Below are positions 13,334 through 24,596 of a stretch of 64,000 nucleotides of DNA, piece after piece. The translations under genes were made by a program, and so were the position numbers. Source of the stretch: Malacoraja senta (lineage: Eukaryota); assembly GCA_038087875.1 (NCBI GenBank), contig CM075991.1, positions 13,952,001 to 14,016,000 on the forward strand, written 5' to 3'. Position 1 is the first letter of the stretch. Every line of letters starts with the position of its first letter. A model generated the notes under the pieces. That model ran no database searches and was not told where the DNA came from. It saw nothing but the letters and a program-made list of their open reading frames with translations.

Positions 13334-13759
13334 CCCTGCGCTTCCATACGCCTTCCTAAAAGCCTCTTAAACACCACTATTGTTCATGTTCATAAGTTCT
13401 AAGTGCAGAATTATGCCATTCGGCCCATCAAGTCTACTCCGCCATTCAATCATGGCTGATCTATCAATCCCTCAACCCATTCTCCCCATAACCCCTGACA
13501 CCCGTACTAATCAAGAATTTGTCAATCTCTACCTTAAAAATACCCACTGGCTTGGCCTCCACAGCCTCTGTGGCAACGAATTCCACAGATTCACCACCCT
13601 TTGACTAAAGAAATTCCTCCTCATCTTTCTAAAAGTCATCCTTTAATTCTGAGGCTGTGCCCTCTGGTCTCTGGGCCTAGACTCTCCCACTGGTGGAAAC
13701 ATCCTCTCCACATTCACTCTATCCAGGCTTTTCACTATTCGGCAGGCCTCAATGAAGTT

Positions 13760-15215
13760 TACCATGTTATCTAAGCCACCTCTTTCAGAACCCTGGGGTG
13801 CAGTCCAGCCAGGTGACTGATCTACCTTCAGACCTTTCAGCTTCCTCCACTACCTCAGTGGCTCCTTTACCTGAAACTCCCTGATCAAATCCAGTTCATT
13901 ACATAATACCAAATCCAGAGCAGACACAAAATGCTGGAGTAACTCAGCGGGTGAGGCAGCATCTCTGGAGAGAAGGAATGGGTGACGTTTCGGGTACATG
14001 GTGTAGGTACTGTACAAATTCCCTCTCTTGGAGTCCAGTACCAACCTGATTTTCCCAGTCAACCTGCATATTGAAATCCCACATAACATTGCATTTCTTA
14101 GTTGCCAATTGTATCTCCTGATATAATTTGTACCCTATATCCCGGCTACTGTTCAGAGGCCTGAAAATAACTCCCATCAGGGTCTTTTTCCCCTTGCGGT
14201 TTCTCATCTCTACCCACAAGGATTCTACATCTACTGTCACCCCTTGCTAAGGACCGAATTTCATTCCTTACCAGCAGCTACCCCACCACCTCTGCCCACC
14301 TTTCTGTCCTTCCGATAGGATGTGTAACCTTGGGTATTCAGCTCCCAGCTCCGACCCTCTCTCAGCCAGGTCGCCGCCAAAGCCGCAACATCGTACCTTC
14401 CAATGTCTATGCTCTACAAGTTCATCCACTTTGTTCCGTATACAACGTGCATTCAAATCTAACACCTTTAGTCCGGTATTCATCACCCCTCTACTTACAT
14501 TGGTCCCGATTTAACCTGACCGTAGTACGGTTTAGAGAAACAGCACGGAAACAGGCCCTTCGGCCCACCGAGTCTGCGACGACCAGCGATCCCCACACAC
14601 TAGCACTACCCTACACACAAGGGACAATTTACATTTATACCAAGCCAATTAACCAACAAACCTGTACATCTTGGAGCGTGCGAGGAAACCGGAGATCTCG
14701 GAGAAAGCCCATGCGGTCACGAGGAGAACGCACAAACTCCGTACAGGCAGCACCCGTAGTCGGGATCGAACCCGGTTCCCTGGCGCTGTGAGGCAGCAAC
14801 TCTACCGCTGCGCCACCGTGCCGCCCTAAAAAGCAGTCTCTTATAAGCTTCCTGTCCTGTTACTTCTGGAGACTTTAGTCACCTCTCCTGCACTCTCTTT
14901 CCTTTAACTTCATCCATACATTTCCAAACTGTTAACCCCTCACAATTTAGTTTAAAACCCAAACTTGGTTATGCCATGGTTATGCCAAGGGTTAAGCGGT
15001 TTGCCAGGAGCCTGGTCCCAGCCGGGTTCCAGTGGGGTTCATCCGTCGGAACAGTTCCCCCCTTCCCCAATACTGGTGCCAATGTCCCACAAACCCACAG
15101 CGATAGTTCAACTCTTTAATCTTCTCAAGTCTATGCCAATTTGCACGTGGCTCAGTTGGCAATCCAGAGATTACTACCGTTTTTTTTATCAATTTAATGC
15201 CGAGCTGCTTTGAGT
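13760..15215 (-). mobile_element. Old CR1 5' fragment: ORF1 esterase-like remnant plus ORF2 endonuclease remnant, interrupted by a SINE and a pseudo-LTR
   Basis: VVISGLP...FVGHWHQYWGRGELFR (CR1 ORF1 SGNH-like). LKVLDLNARCIRNKVDEL and VESLWVEMRNRKGKKTLMGVIFRP (APE endonuclease). Confidence 0.8.
14530..14826 (-). mobile_element. HE1-like V-SINE, full length, inserted in an old CR1
   Basis: A/B boxes, V core and tail as for 103-403. Confidence 0.85.
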
Positions 15216-16116
15216 TAGTCCAGCATTTTGTGTCTATCTTTGGTGTAAACCAGCATCTGCAGTTCCTTCCATTACAGGTTTGTAGTTTAATTGGCTTCTG
15301 TAAATTGTCCCTCTTGTGTGTAGGAAAGTGCTAGTGTACGGGGTGATTGCTGGTTGCTGCGGACCTGGTGGGCCAAAGGGCCTGTTTCCACGCTGTATCT
15401 CTAGTTCGATCCCGACTACGGGTGCTGTCTGTACGGAGTTTGTACGTTCTCCCTGTGACCTGCGTGGCTTTTCTTCGAGATCTTCGGTTTCCTCCCACAC
15501 TCCAAAGACGTACAGGTTTGTAGGTTAATTGGCTTGGTAAATGTAAAAAAAATTGTCCCTAGTGTGTGTGTAGGATAGTGTTAATGTGTGGGGATCACTG
15601 GTCGGCGCGGACCCGGTGGGCCGAAAGGACCTGTTTCCGCGCTGTATCTCTAAACTAAACTATCCAGTGTCAGTATGTGTGTGAGAGTCAGCATCCATTG
15701 CAGATTCCCTCTCTTGGTTTCTCAGCGATTCAACGTCACCATCCAGAAAAATGTCGTCCAAGATGTGTGTAATCAGTAGGTAGACAAAAATGCTGGAGAA
15801 ACTCAGCGGGTGCAGCAGCATCTATGGAGCGAAGGAAATAGGCAACGTTTCGGGCCGAAACCCTTCTTCAGACAGTTGCCAGAAGAAGACAGAAGAAGGG
15901 TTTTGGCCCTAAACGTTGCCTATCTCCTTCGCTCCATAGATGCGGCTGCACCCGCTGAGTTTCTCCAGCATTTTTGTGTACCTTCGATTTTCCAGCATCT
16001 GCAGTTCCCTCTTAAAAACAATGTGTGTAGTCACTAACCTGGTCTTCATACACCCTGCCTGCTGCATGCTTAGGATGCAAGACTAGGTAGAACAATTGAA
16101 GCCAAGACCTGCAGGG

Positions 16117-16696
16117 TTTAGTTTAGTTTAGAGATACAGCACAGAAACAAGTCCTTCGGTCCACCGAGTCCACACCGACCAGCGATCCCTGCATGCTGAC
16201 ACACACTAGGGGCAATTTACATTTATACCAAGCCAATTAACATACAAATCTGTACGTCTTTGGAGAGTGGATGGAAACCAAAGATCCCAGAGAAAACCCC
16301 CGCAGGTCACGGGGAGAATGCACAACTGCACCCATAGTCAGGATCGAACCTGGGTCTCTGGCGCTGGAAGCCAGCGGGCCGTCCAGTGCACATTATAAAA
16401 AGCCGAGCGGCACGGTGGCGCTGAGGTCGAGTTGCTGCTTACAGCACCAGAGACCCGGTTCGATCCCGACTACGGGTGCTGTCTGTACGGAGTTTGTACC
16501 TTCTCCCTGTGACCTGCGTAGGTTTTCTCCAAGATCTTCGTTTTCCTCCCACACCCCAAAGACGTGCAGGCTTGTCGGTTATTTGGCTTGGTATAAATAT
16601 CCTAGTGTGTGTAGGATAGTGTTAATGTGCGGGGATCGCTTGTCGGTGAGGACTACACGGTGGGCCTGTTTTCCGGGCTGTATCTTGAAACTAAAC
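16117..16696. mobile_element. Two HE1-like V-SINEs head to head (about 16117-16368 minus, 16405-16696 plus)
   Basis: Both carry B box, V core and tail, in opposite orientations. Confidence 0.8.
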
Positions 16697-17167
16697 ACTA
16701 AAGCCAAGGTCTAGATATCACATCCTCTCAGACAGCAACATCAAACCCAAAGACTGCTACATCCCAGACGCAACATTTCCCCGCATGTTGTCTATTTGGT
16801 TCCTTTCCAAACACGTGGGGGGGCAAGTCACAAAGAAATTAGTCATCTCAAAATATTTCAACATGAACTGAACATTCAAAACAAGTTCCCATTACAGCAG
16901 TCACTCACTCACAGCAAACAATAGACAACAAATATTTTTGATCATCACATTTTCAAAGGGAAAGCGTTTACAATCTGCCTCTGAGTGAGATATTGGAGTG
17001 GGACTAGTTACTGTGCTTTCTCATAGATTCATGGAGGGATACAGCATGGAAACAGGCCCCGCGGACCAACTTGCCCACACATGCCCCATCTACACTAGTC
17101 CCACCTGCCTGCGTTTGGCCCATATCCCTGCAAACCTGTCCTCTCTGGAACAATATGTAGAGTTTCA

Positions 17168-17475
17168 GGCAGCACGGTGACGCAGCGAGTAGAGCTGCTA
17201 CCTCACAGAGCCAGAGAACCAGGTTCGATCCTGACCCCGGGTGTGGAGTTTGCACGTTCTCCCTGTGACCGCGTGGGTTTCCTCTGGGCACTCCAGTTCC
17301 CTCCCACATCCCAAAGCCGTGCGGGTTTGCAGGTTAATCGGCCCTCTGTAAATTGCTCCTAGTGTGTAGGGAGTGGATGAGAAACCGGGATAGCATAGAA
17401 CTAGTGTGAATGGGTTGATCAATGGTCGACATGGACTCGGTGGGCCTGTTTCCGTGCTGTATCTCTAAACTAAAC
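17168..17475 (+). mobile_element. HE1-like V-SINE
   Basis: Head, V core and tail ending ctctaaactaaac. Confidence 0.8.
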
Positions 17476-17694
17476 AGGTAGACAGCAGCCCGACACAAGT
17501 CAGATAACAGCACAGGCGCCCTGGGGCAGCACTCACAAAAAGCTAGAGTAACTCAGCGGGACAGGCAGCATCTCTGGAAACGTCACCCAATCCTTCTCTC
17601 CAGAGATGCTGCCTGTCCCACTGAGTTACTCCAGCTTTTTGTGTCTTATCTTCGGTTTAAACCAGCGTCTGCAGTTCCTCCTTACACAACTTAC

Positions 17695-17798
17695 CAGTAG
17701 CAGTCTGCTTTGGGCTCAGTTCACTTTCACTCGGGTCCAAGGGTCCTGGCACAGGTGTATCGGTGACAGGTGTATCAAAATTGGTGTCGGAGTCAGAG
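17695..17798 (-). CDS. TACC1: TACC1 second coding exon (104 nt, phase 2 to phase 1)
   Basis: Acceptor ctctttctttcttcccccAG| and donor ACTG|GTAAGT. Encodes (S)SDSDTNFDTPVTDTPVPGPLDPSESELSPKQTAT, matching the recalled TACC1 motif SSDSEGNFETPEAETP. Joins exon 1 in frame as F-S-S-D-S. Confidence 0.92.
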
Positions 17799-17949
17799 CT
17801 GGGGGAAGAAAGAAAGAGGGAGAGGCATGAAGGTGTGTGCTGGTGGAACTGAACCTCTGCCTGTAGTTCACCTTGATCACACAGTGGCTGCACCTGCCCA
17901 GACCCTACACACCACATCCATGCACCACTCACCTGATGCACACCTGTGC

Positions 17950-18700
17950 GTACACACACTCACCATAAAAACACACACCATACGCACACCCACACACATC
18001 ATGCACTCATCATATACACACACACTACACAGACACTCACATACTATACACACACAATACACACACTAACCATACACGTACCATACACACACCTTAAACA
18101 CACACACCATAGACACACACGCCAAACACACACACACCATATACACACACCATATACACACACACCATATACACACACACACCATATACACACACACCAT
18201 ATACACACACACACCATATACACACACCATATACACACACCATATACACACACACACACACACCATATACACACACCATATACACACACACCATATACAC
18301 ACACACCATATACACACACACCACATATACACACACACAACATATACACACACACAACATATACACACACACAACATATACACACACACAACATATACAC
18401 ACACACAACATATACACACACACAACATATACACACACACAACATATACACACACACACACCATACACACCATAGACACATACACACCATATACACGCAC
18501 ACAAGACACATACACATCATATACACACACACAATAGACACATACACACCATATACACACACACACCATAGACACACACACACACTCACACACACATAGA
18601 TATCACACCATACAGACACAACAACCACATTCACATTCACCACACACAAATAATCAGCATGCATATTACACACACATATATCCCTCACACACAATTTACA
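17950..18700. repeat. Degenerate CA / CATATACACACAC microsatellite
   Basis: Read directly. Confidence 0.92.
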
Positions 18701-19264
18701 TTCTCACACACAAACCAACCGTGTACACACACATCATACAACCATTCTCATAGATAAATGCACTCTTTGCACATACACTAACACACTTCCCAGACAAGTT
18801 ACATCTTACACACCTTACCTACAAACACATTCCATACAGACAATTACTCCTTATACCCACACACACACGATACACTACATCCCCTGAGACATTTTCGCAT
18901 TATTCAAACATCCACACTCTGTAGACAATTGCACCTTACACACCACAAAGACATTCCCACACACATCCCCGTAATAGCACCTTACACACACACTCCACAC
19001 AGACAATTATATACACACCAGACAATAACACATAGAAACATAGAAAATAGGTGCAGGAGTAGGCCATTCGGCCCTTCGAGCCGGCACCGCCATTCAATAT
19101 GATCATGGCTGATCATCTAAAATCTGTACCCCCTTCCTGCCTTCTCCCCATATCCCTTGATTCCGTTAGCCCTATCTCGAATACACTTTACACCATACAG
19201 ACATCCCCACAATGACACCTTATACACACACCAGACTATTGCACCTTATACAACCAAACACACA

Positions 19265-19940
19265 CGAGACAATTGCACCTTAGAGACACATACTAGACAA
19301 TTGCACCTTATATATGCACACACACACACACATACATACACTAGACAATTGCACCTTATATATGCACACACTGCACAATTGCACCTTATATATGCACACA
19401 TACATACACTAGACTATTGCACCTTATATATACACATACACTAGACAATTGCACCTTATATATGCACACACTGCACAATTGCACCTTATATATACACACA
19501 CACACATACACTAGACAATTTCACCTTATATATACACATACACTAGACTATTGCACCTTATATATACACATACACTAGACTATTGCACCTTATATATACA
19601 CATACACTAGACTATTGCACCTTATATATATACATACACTAGACTATTGCACCTTATATATACACATACACTAGACTATTGCACCTTATATATACACATA
19701 CACTAGACAATTTCACCTTATATACACACACACACACATACACTAGACTATTGCACCTTATATATATACATACACTAGACTGTTGCACCTTATATATACA
19801 CATACACTAGACAATTTCACCTTATATACACACACACACACATACACTAGACTATTGCACCTTATATATACACACACTGGACAGTTGCACCTTATACACA
19901 CACACACACACACATATATATATTAGACAATTGCACTACA
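19265..19940. repeat. About 32-bp minisatellite (ACACATACACTAGACTATTGCACCTTATATAT) in TACC1 intron 1
   Basis: Repeated core ctagac(t/a)attgcaccttata with variable (TA)/(CA) linkers. Confidence 0.92.
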
Positions 19941-19974
19941 TACACACACACACACACCCATGGACACACAGCCA

Positions 19975-20400
19975 GCCATCCCGGCCGGAGCGAGTGCAGC
20001 AACTTGCCTGAAGCTGAACCTTGTCACGGTGGGCTCTGCCAGCCCCAGCCCCTGGTCCTGGTCCTCTCCCTCCTCCCCAGCGCCCTCGCCCTCGCCCTCG
20101 CCCTCGCCGCCCCGCACCGCCGTCCACGTCCAGCGAGCCCACTGGAAGGGCGACAGGATCTGCCACGGACTGAATGCCATCCTCACGCCCGCCGCCGCCT
20201 CTCACAAGATGGAGGGCAAACCGGGCAGCGGCCGGCACCGTGTGTGTGTGTGTGTGGGAGAGACAGAGAGAGTCTGCGCCTCTGCCCCGGTCCGCGGATG
20301 TGGTTACATGTGGAACACGCAGCAAGCAGCCTCCTCCCTCTATCAGTGTGGCTGCTACTGCTGCTGCTGCTGCTGCTGCTGCCACAGCCCGCTCCTCCCA
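19975..20400 (-). promoter_or_regulatory. CpG-rich segment around TACC1 exon 1 (probable promoter / 5' UTR)
   Basis: Non-repeat GC- and CpG-rich island-like sequence spanning the start codon, between a CA-rich minisatellite and a CT-rich tract. Transcription start not determinable. Confidence 0.5.
20008..20180 (-). CDS. TACC1: TACC1 first coding exon (57 codons + 2 nt)
   Basis: ATG at 20180 gives MAFSPWQILSPFQWARWTWTAVRGGEGEGEGEGAGEEGEDQDQGLGLAEPTVTRFSF, matching the recalled human TACC1 N-terminus MAFSPWQILSPVQWAKWTWSAVRGG...KSLSFS. It ends TTC AG|GCAAGT (GC donor, phase 2). Confidence 0.93.
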
Positions 20401-20424
20401 CCCTGCTCCCCACTCCCTGCTCCC

Positions 20425-21450
20425 CTCACACACACACACACTGTGTCTCACCCCCTCTCTACCTCTATCACTCATCCCTCTGCCTTTCTCACCCCTCTCT
20501 CTCACACACACACCCCTCTCTCTATCTCTCACCCCACTTTCCCTCTCACTGTCCCCATCTCTCACCCCTCTCTCTATCTCTCACCTCCTCTCTCTACCTC
20601 TTTCTCTCTCTCTCTATCTCTCACCCCCGCTCTATCTCCCCCCCCCTCTCTCTCTCTCCCCCTCTCTATCTCTCACCTCTCTATCTCTCACCCCTCTTTC
20701 CCTCTCACTGTCCCCATCTCTCACCCCTCTCTCTATCTCTCACCCCCTCTCTCTACCTCTTTCTCTCTCTCTCTATCTCTCACCCCCTCTCTCTATCTCC
20801 CCCCCTCTCTCTCTCTCCCCCTCTCTATCTCTCACCTCTATCTCTCACCCCTCTTTCCCTCTCTCTCTATCTCTCTCCCAATCTCATCTCGCTCTCTCTA
20901 TCTCTCTATCTCTCTTTCCCCCTCTCTCTCCCTCTCCCAATCTCACCCCTCTCGCCCTACCTCCCCCTCTCACCCCTCTTCCTCTCTCATCCCCCTCTCG
21001 CACCCCTCTCGCTCTCTTCCAATCTCATCTCTCACACACTCCCCTCCCTATCTCCCTATCTCTTCCTTCTTGCCCGATCCTCTCTCCCTCTCACCAACTT
21101 CCTCTCTCATCCCCTTCTCTCTCTCTCACCCCCTCTCTCATTGCCCCTCTCTCTTATTCCCTCTTCCTACCTCACTATCTCTCCTTATCTCACCCCTCTC
21201 TTTATCTCATCCCTCTCTCTCATCCCTCTCTATCCCACCCCTCTCCCTCTCCCCATCATCTCTCACCCCTCTCTACACTCTCTCCTTATCCCCTCTCTCC
21301 CTCTCCCATCCTTCTCCCCATCTCTCCCTTTGTCCCACCTTTCTTCCTATCCAATTCCTCTGTAATCGACCATCCCACCCTCTCACCCACCGTTCTCCAC
21401 CTCCCTCCCTCTCACACCATCCCATCCCTCTCCACCTGCCCCGCCTCTCT
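20425..21450. repeat. About 1-kb CT-rich polypyrimidine low-complexity tract
   Basis: Read directly; includes an internal duplication of about 159 bp. Confidence 0.92.
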
Positions 21451-21679
21451 CCACCGCCCACCGAGGGTCGCCGCTGAGCCCGAGAGACCCCCGTCCTCTC
21501 CTCATTCAGCTGTGGAGGCTGAACCTTCCTCTCTGGGCAGCCCTGAAGATGGCTGGTTGTGTACAGCATGTCTATTCCTGGAAGAGTCACTGCCCAGATC
21601 TCTCTAATACCAGGTCATTAGCCCGGAGCCATCATTTCATGCACTGTGACATGTGCTACTTAAATTTCATTGCCCTAGA

Positions 21680-22320
21680 GTGATACAGTGTTGAAACAGG
21701 CCCTTCTGCCCAACTTGCCCACACTGGCCAAAATGTCCCAGCTACAGTAGTGCCTGCGCTTGGTCCTTATCCCTCCAAATCTGTCCTATCCATGTACCTG
21801 TCTAACTGTTTCTTAAATGTTGGGATAGTTCCAGCCTCAACTACCTCCTCTGGCAGCTTGTTCCATACACCCATCACCCTTTGTGTGGAAAGTGTTACCC
21901 CTCGGAGTCCTATTAAATCTTTTCCCCTTCACCTTGAACCTCTGGCCTCTGGTTCTTTCTTTCTAACTTCCATAACAAGCCCAGTAAGAAGGCGGCAATA
22001 ATTTAGCCACTTATATTCCCAGCGTTTGTCAAATTTACAATGACTATTTGTTTTAGAATGCAGCATGTCCTCTGGTCCTCGATTCCCTACACTGGGCAAA
22101 AGACTCTGCATCTACCCGATCTATTCCTCTCATGATTTTATACACCTCTATAAGATCACCCCTCATCCTCCTGTGCTCCATGGAATAGAGACGCAGCCTA
22201 CTCAACCTCTCCCTATAGCTCACACCCTCTAGTCCTGGCAACATCCTCGTAAATCTTCTCTGGGCCCTTTCCAGCTTGACGACATCTTTCCAATAACATG
22301 GTGCCAAGAACTGAACGCAG
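21680..22320 (-). mobile_element. CR1 LINE 3' fragment (interrupted)
   Basis: APCYWKDVVKLERAQRRFTRMLPGLEGVSYRERLSRLRLYSMEHRRMRGDLIEVYKIMRG. Confidence 0.82.
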
Positions 22321-22392
22321 TTCTGCCTTTTTGTTTTTTAATTTTAGAAGGTTAGGGTGGCACGGTGGCGCAGCGGTAGAGTTGCTGCCTTA

Positions 22393-22725
22393 AGGGCCTG
22401 TCCCATTTTCCCGATTTAGTCACGAATTCTCCTGAGTTATTCATGAATTCTCTCGAGTTTTCAAACTCGCAGAATGTTCGTAATGAGTCCGTAGGAGTCG
22501 GTGGATATATCGTAGCGGCTCGTTGTGCCAGCCGTAGGTACTCGGGGCTATTTTTTTACTCGTGGACATTTTTCATCATACTGAAAAAACATCCCGACTT
22601 ACCTGATGCCCCGAGTACCTACGGCTGGCATAACAAACCGCTACGATATATCCACGGACTCCTACGGCCTCGTTACGAACATTCTGCGAGTTTGAAAACT
22701 CGGGAGAATTCGTGAATAACTCATG
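22393..22725. mobile_element. Harbinger-like palindromic MITE inserted at TTA in a SINE head; right terminus deleted
   Basis: gcctTA|agggcctgtccca, with internal inverted arms of about 115 bp (22433-22548 / 22608-22723). Confidence 0.72.
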
Positions 22726-23154
22726 AATGACTCCAAAGATCGGTAGGTTAATTGGCTTGGTTTAAAGGTAAATTGTCCCTAGTGTGTGTAGGGTAGTGTT
22801 AATGTGCGGGGATCGCTGGTCAGTGCGTACCCGGTGGGCCGAATGGTCTGTTTCCGCGCTGTATCTCTAAAATTAATACTAAAATGAAGTATCAATCACA
22901 ATAGGTCATCTGGATATTTAGTTTGCTGATTACTTCCTCCTTCTAACTGTCTCACTGTCTCTGTGGATAGCAGGAGCACTACCAAGGGCTGATATAAATA
23001 CTCCAGAATGCCTGGCAGTGTTTTGGAAGATTAAATAAACATCGGGCGGGTTTCACTGGCGTCAATGATGAGATGATGTACAACAGGTTGCAAGAGACCG
23101 ACGGCAGACACAAAACGCTGGAGTAACTCAGTGGGATCTCGGGTGAAAAGGAAT

Positions 23155-23190
23155 AGGTGACGTTTCGGGTCGAGACCCTTCTTCAGACTG
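23155..23190 (-). ncRNA. Penelope-type minimal hammerhead motif within a pseudo-LTR (about 23105-23430, minus)
   Basis: Minus strand cagtCTGAAGAagggtctcgacccGAAACGTCacct. Confidence 0.6.
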
Positions 23191-23829
23191 AGAGTCAGGG
23201 GATAGGGAAACGAGAGATATAGACGGTGATGTAGAGAGATAAAGAACAAGTGAATGAAAGAAATGCTAGACAGTAACCATGATCAAGGAAACAAGTCATT
23301 GCTGGCTGCGGGCTAGGTGAAAACAAGTTGCAGACAATGAGACTCACCAGGATGACAGTGAAACTAGTACATCGACTCGGGTGGGGGAGGGGCGGAGAGA
23401 GAGGGGATGCAAGGGTTACTAGAAGTTGGAAAAATGAGTTCAGTGAAGTTGAGTTTATTGTCACGTGTAACGAGGTACGGTGTAAAGCTTTTGTTGCGTG
23501 CTATCCAGTCCGCAAAAAGAGAATACGTGATTACAATCGAGCCTTTACAGTGGACGGATACAGGATAAGGGAATAATGTTTAGTGCAAGGTTTGGCCAGC
23601 AAAGTCCAATCAAGGATAGTCCCGAGTGTCACTGATGAGGTGGAAAGTAGTTCAGCACTGCTCTCTGGCTGTGGTCAATGTTCATACCGCTGGGGTGTAA
23701 GCTGCCCAAGAGAAATACGATGTGCTGTTCCTCCAATTTGGGCTGGGCCTCACTCTGACAATGGAGGAGGCCCAGGACAGAAAGGTCAGTGTGGGAATGG
23801 GATTGCACTAAACGTTATTCCCTTATCAT

Positions 23830-24395
23830 GTATTGTGTACAGTTTTGGTCTCCAAATCTGAGGAAGGACATTATAGCCATAGAGGGAGTGCAGAGAAGGT
23901 TCACCAGACTGATTCCTGGGATGTCAGGACTTTCATATGAAGAAAGACTGGATAGACTTGGCTTATACTCGCTAGAATTTAGGAGATTGAGAGGGGATCT
24001 TATAGAAACGTACAAAATTCTTATGGGGTTGGACAGGCTAGATGCAGGAAGATTGTTCCCGATGTTGGGGAAGTCCAGGACAAGGGGTCACAGCTTAAGG
24101 ATAAGGGGGAAATCCTTTAAGACCGAGATGAGGAAAAACTTTTTCACACAGAGAGTGGTGAATCTCTGGAACTCTCTGCCACAGAGGGTAGTTGAGGCCA
24201 GTTCATTGGCTATATTTAAGAGGGAATTAGATGTGGCCCTTGTGGCTAAAGGGGTCAGGGGGTATGGAGAGAAGGCAGGTACGGGATACTGAGTTGGATG
24301 ATCAGCCATGATCGTATTGAATGGCGGTGCAGGCTCGAAGGGCCGAATGGCCTACTCCTGCACCTATTTTCTATGTATCTATGTATCTATGTATC
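23830..24395 (+). mobile_element. CR1-clade LINE 3' fragment, well preserved (ORF2 C-terminus plus 3' UTR)
   Basis: YCVQFWSPNLRKDIIAIEGVQRRFTRLIPGMSGLSYEERLDRLGLYSLEFRRLRGDLIETYKI...RTRGHSL...FFTQRVVNLWNSLP, with an octamer tail (tatctatg)n. Confidence 0.92.
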
Positions 24396-24446
24396 CATAC
24401 ACTGTAATGGTTCGATTGTAATCATGTGTTGTCTCTATGTTGGGCT

Positions 24447-24596
24447 TTCACGTCGCGGCCCTGTTTCCACCAATCTTTCCCACCACCACGCACAAGAAGC
24501 AACAAGACAGACACCATTGTATGCAGATGCCGAGAAGTGTGTTCAGCTCTGGCTAAACAACTTCCTTCTAATCTTGTGTGTGAACTCGATAAGAAG
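24447..24596 (+). mobile_element. 5'-truncated copy of the ribozyme-headed retroposon, inserted in a Rex1-type LINE tail
   Basis: ttcacgtcgcggccctgtttccaccaatctttcc...cttgtgtgtgaactcgataagaag is colinear with 29977-30150 (minus) but lacks the 5' strands of P1, P2 and P3. Confidence 0.75.

Noticed and set aside
1..17694. TACC1 exon 3 and later exons
   Set aside because: No long minus-strand ORF or coiled-coil TACC-domain sequence is visible. The 174-aa ORF at 12312-12836 crosses repeats and has no TACC similarity. These exons probably lie left of the window; small exons cannot be excluded.
19960..21607. Three long plus-strand ORFs (453-505 aa)
   Set aside because: They are open only because the CT-rich tract lacks stop codons. 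The products are S/L/P low complexity and antisense to TACC1 exon 1.
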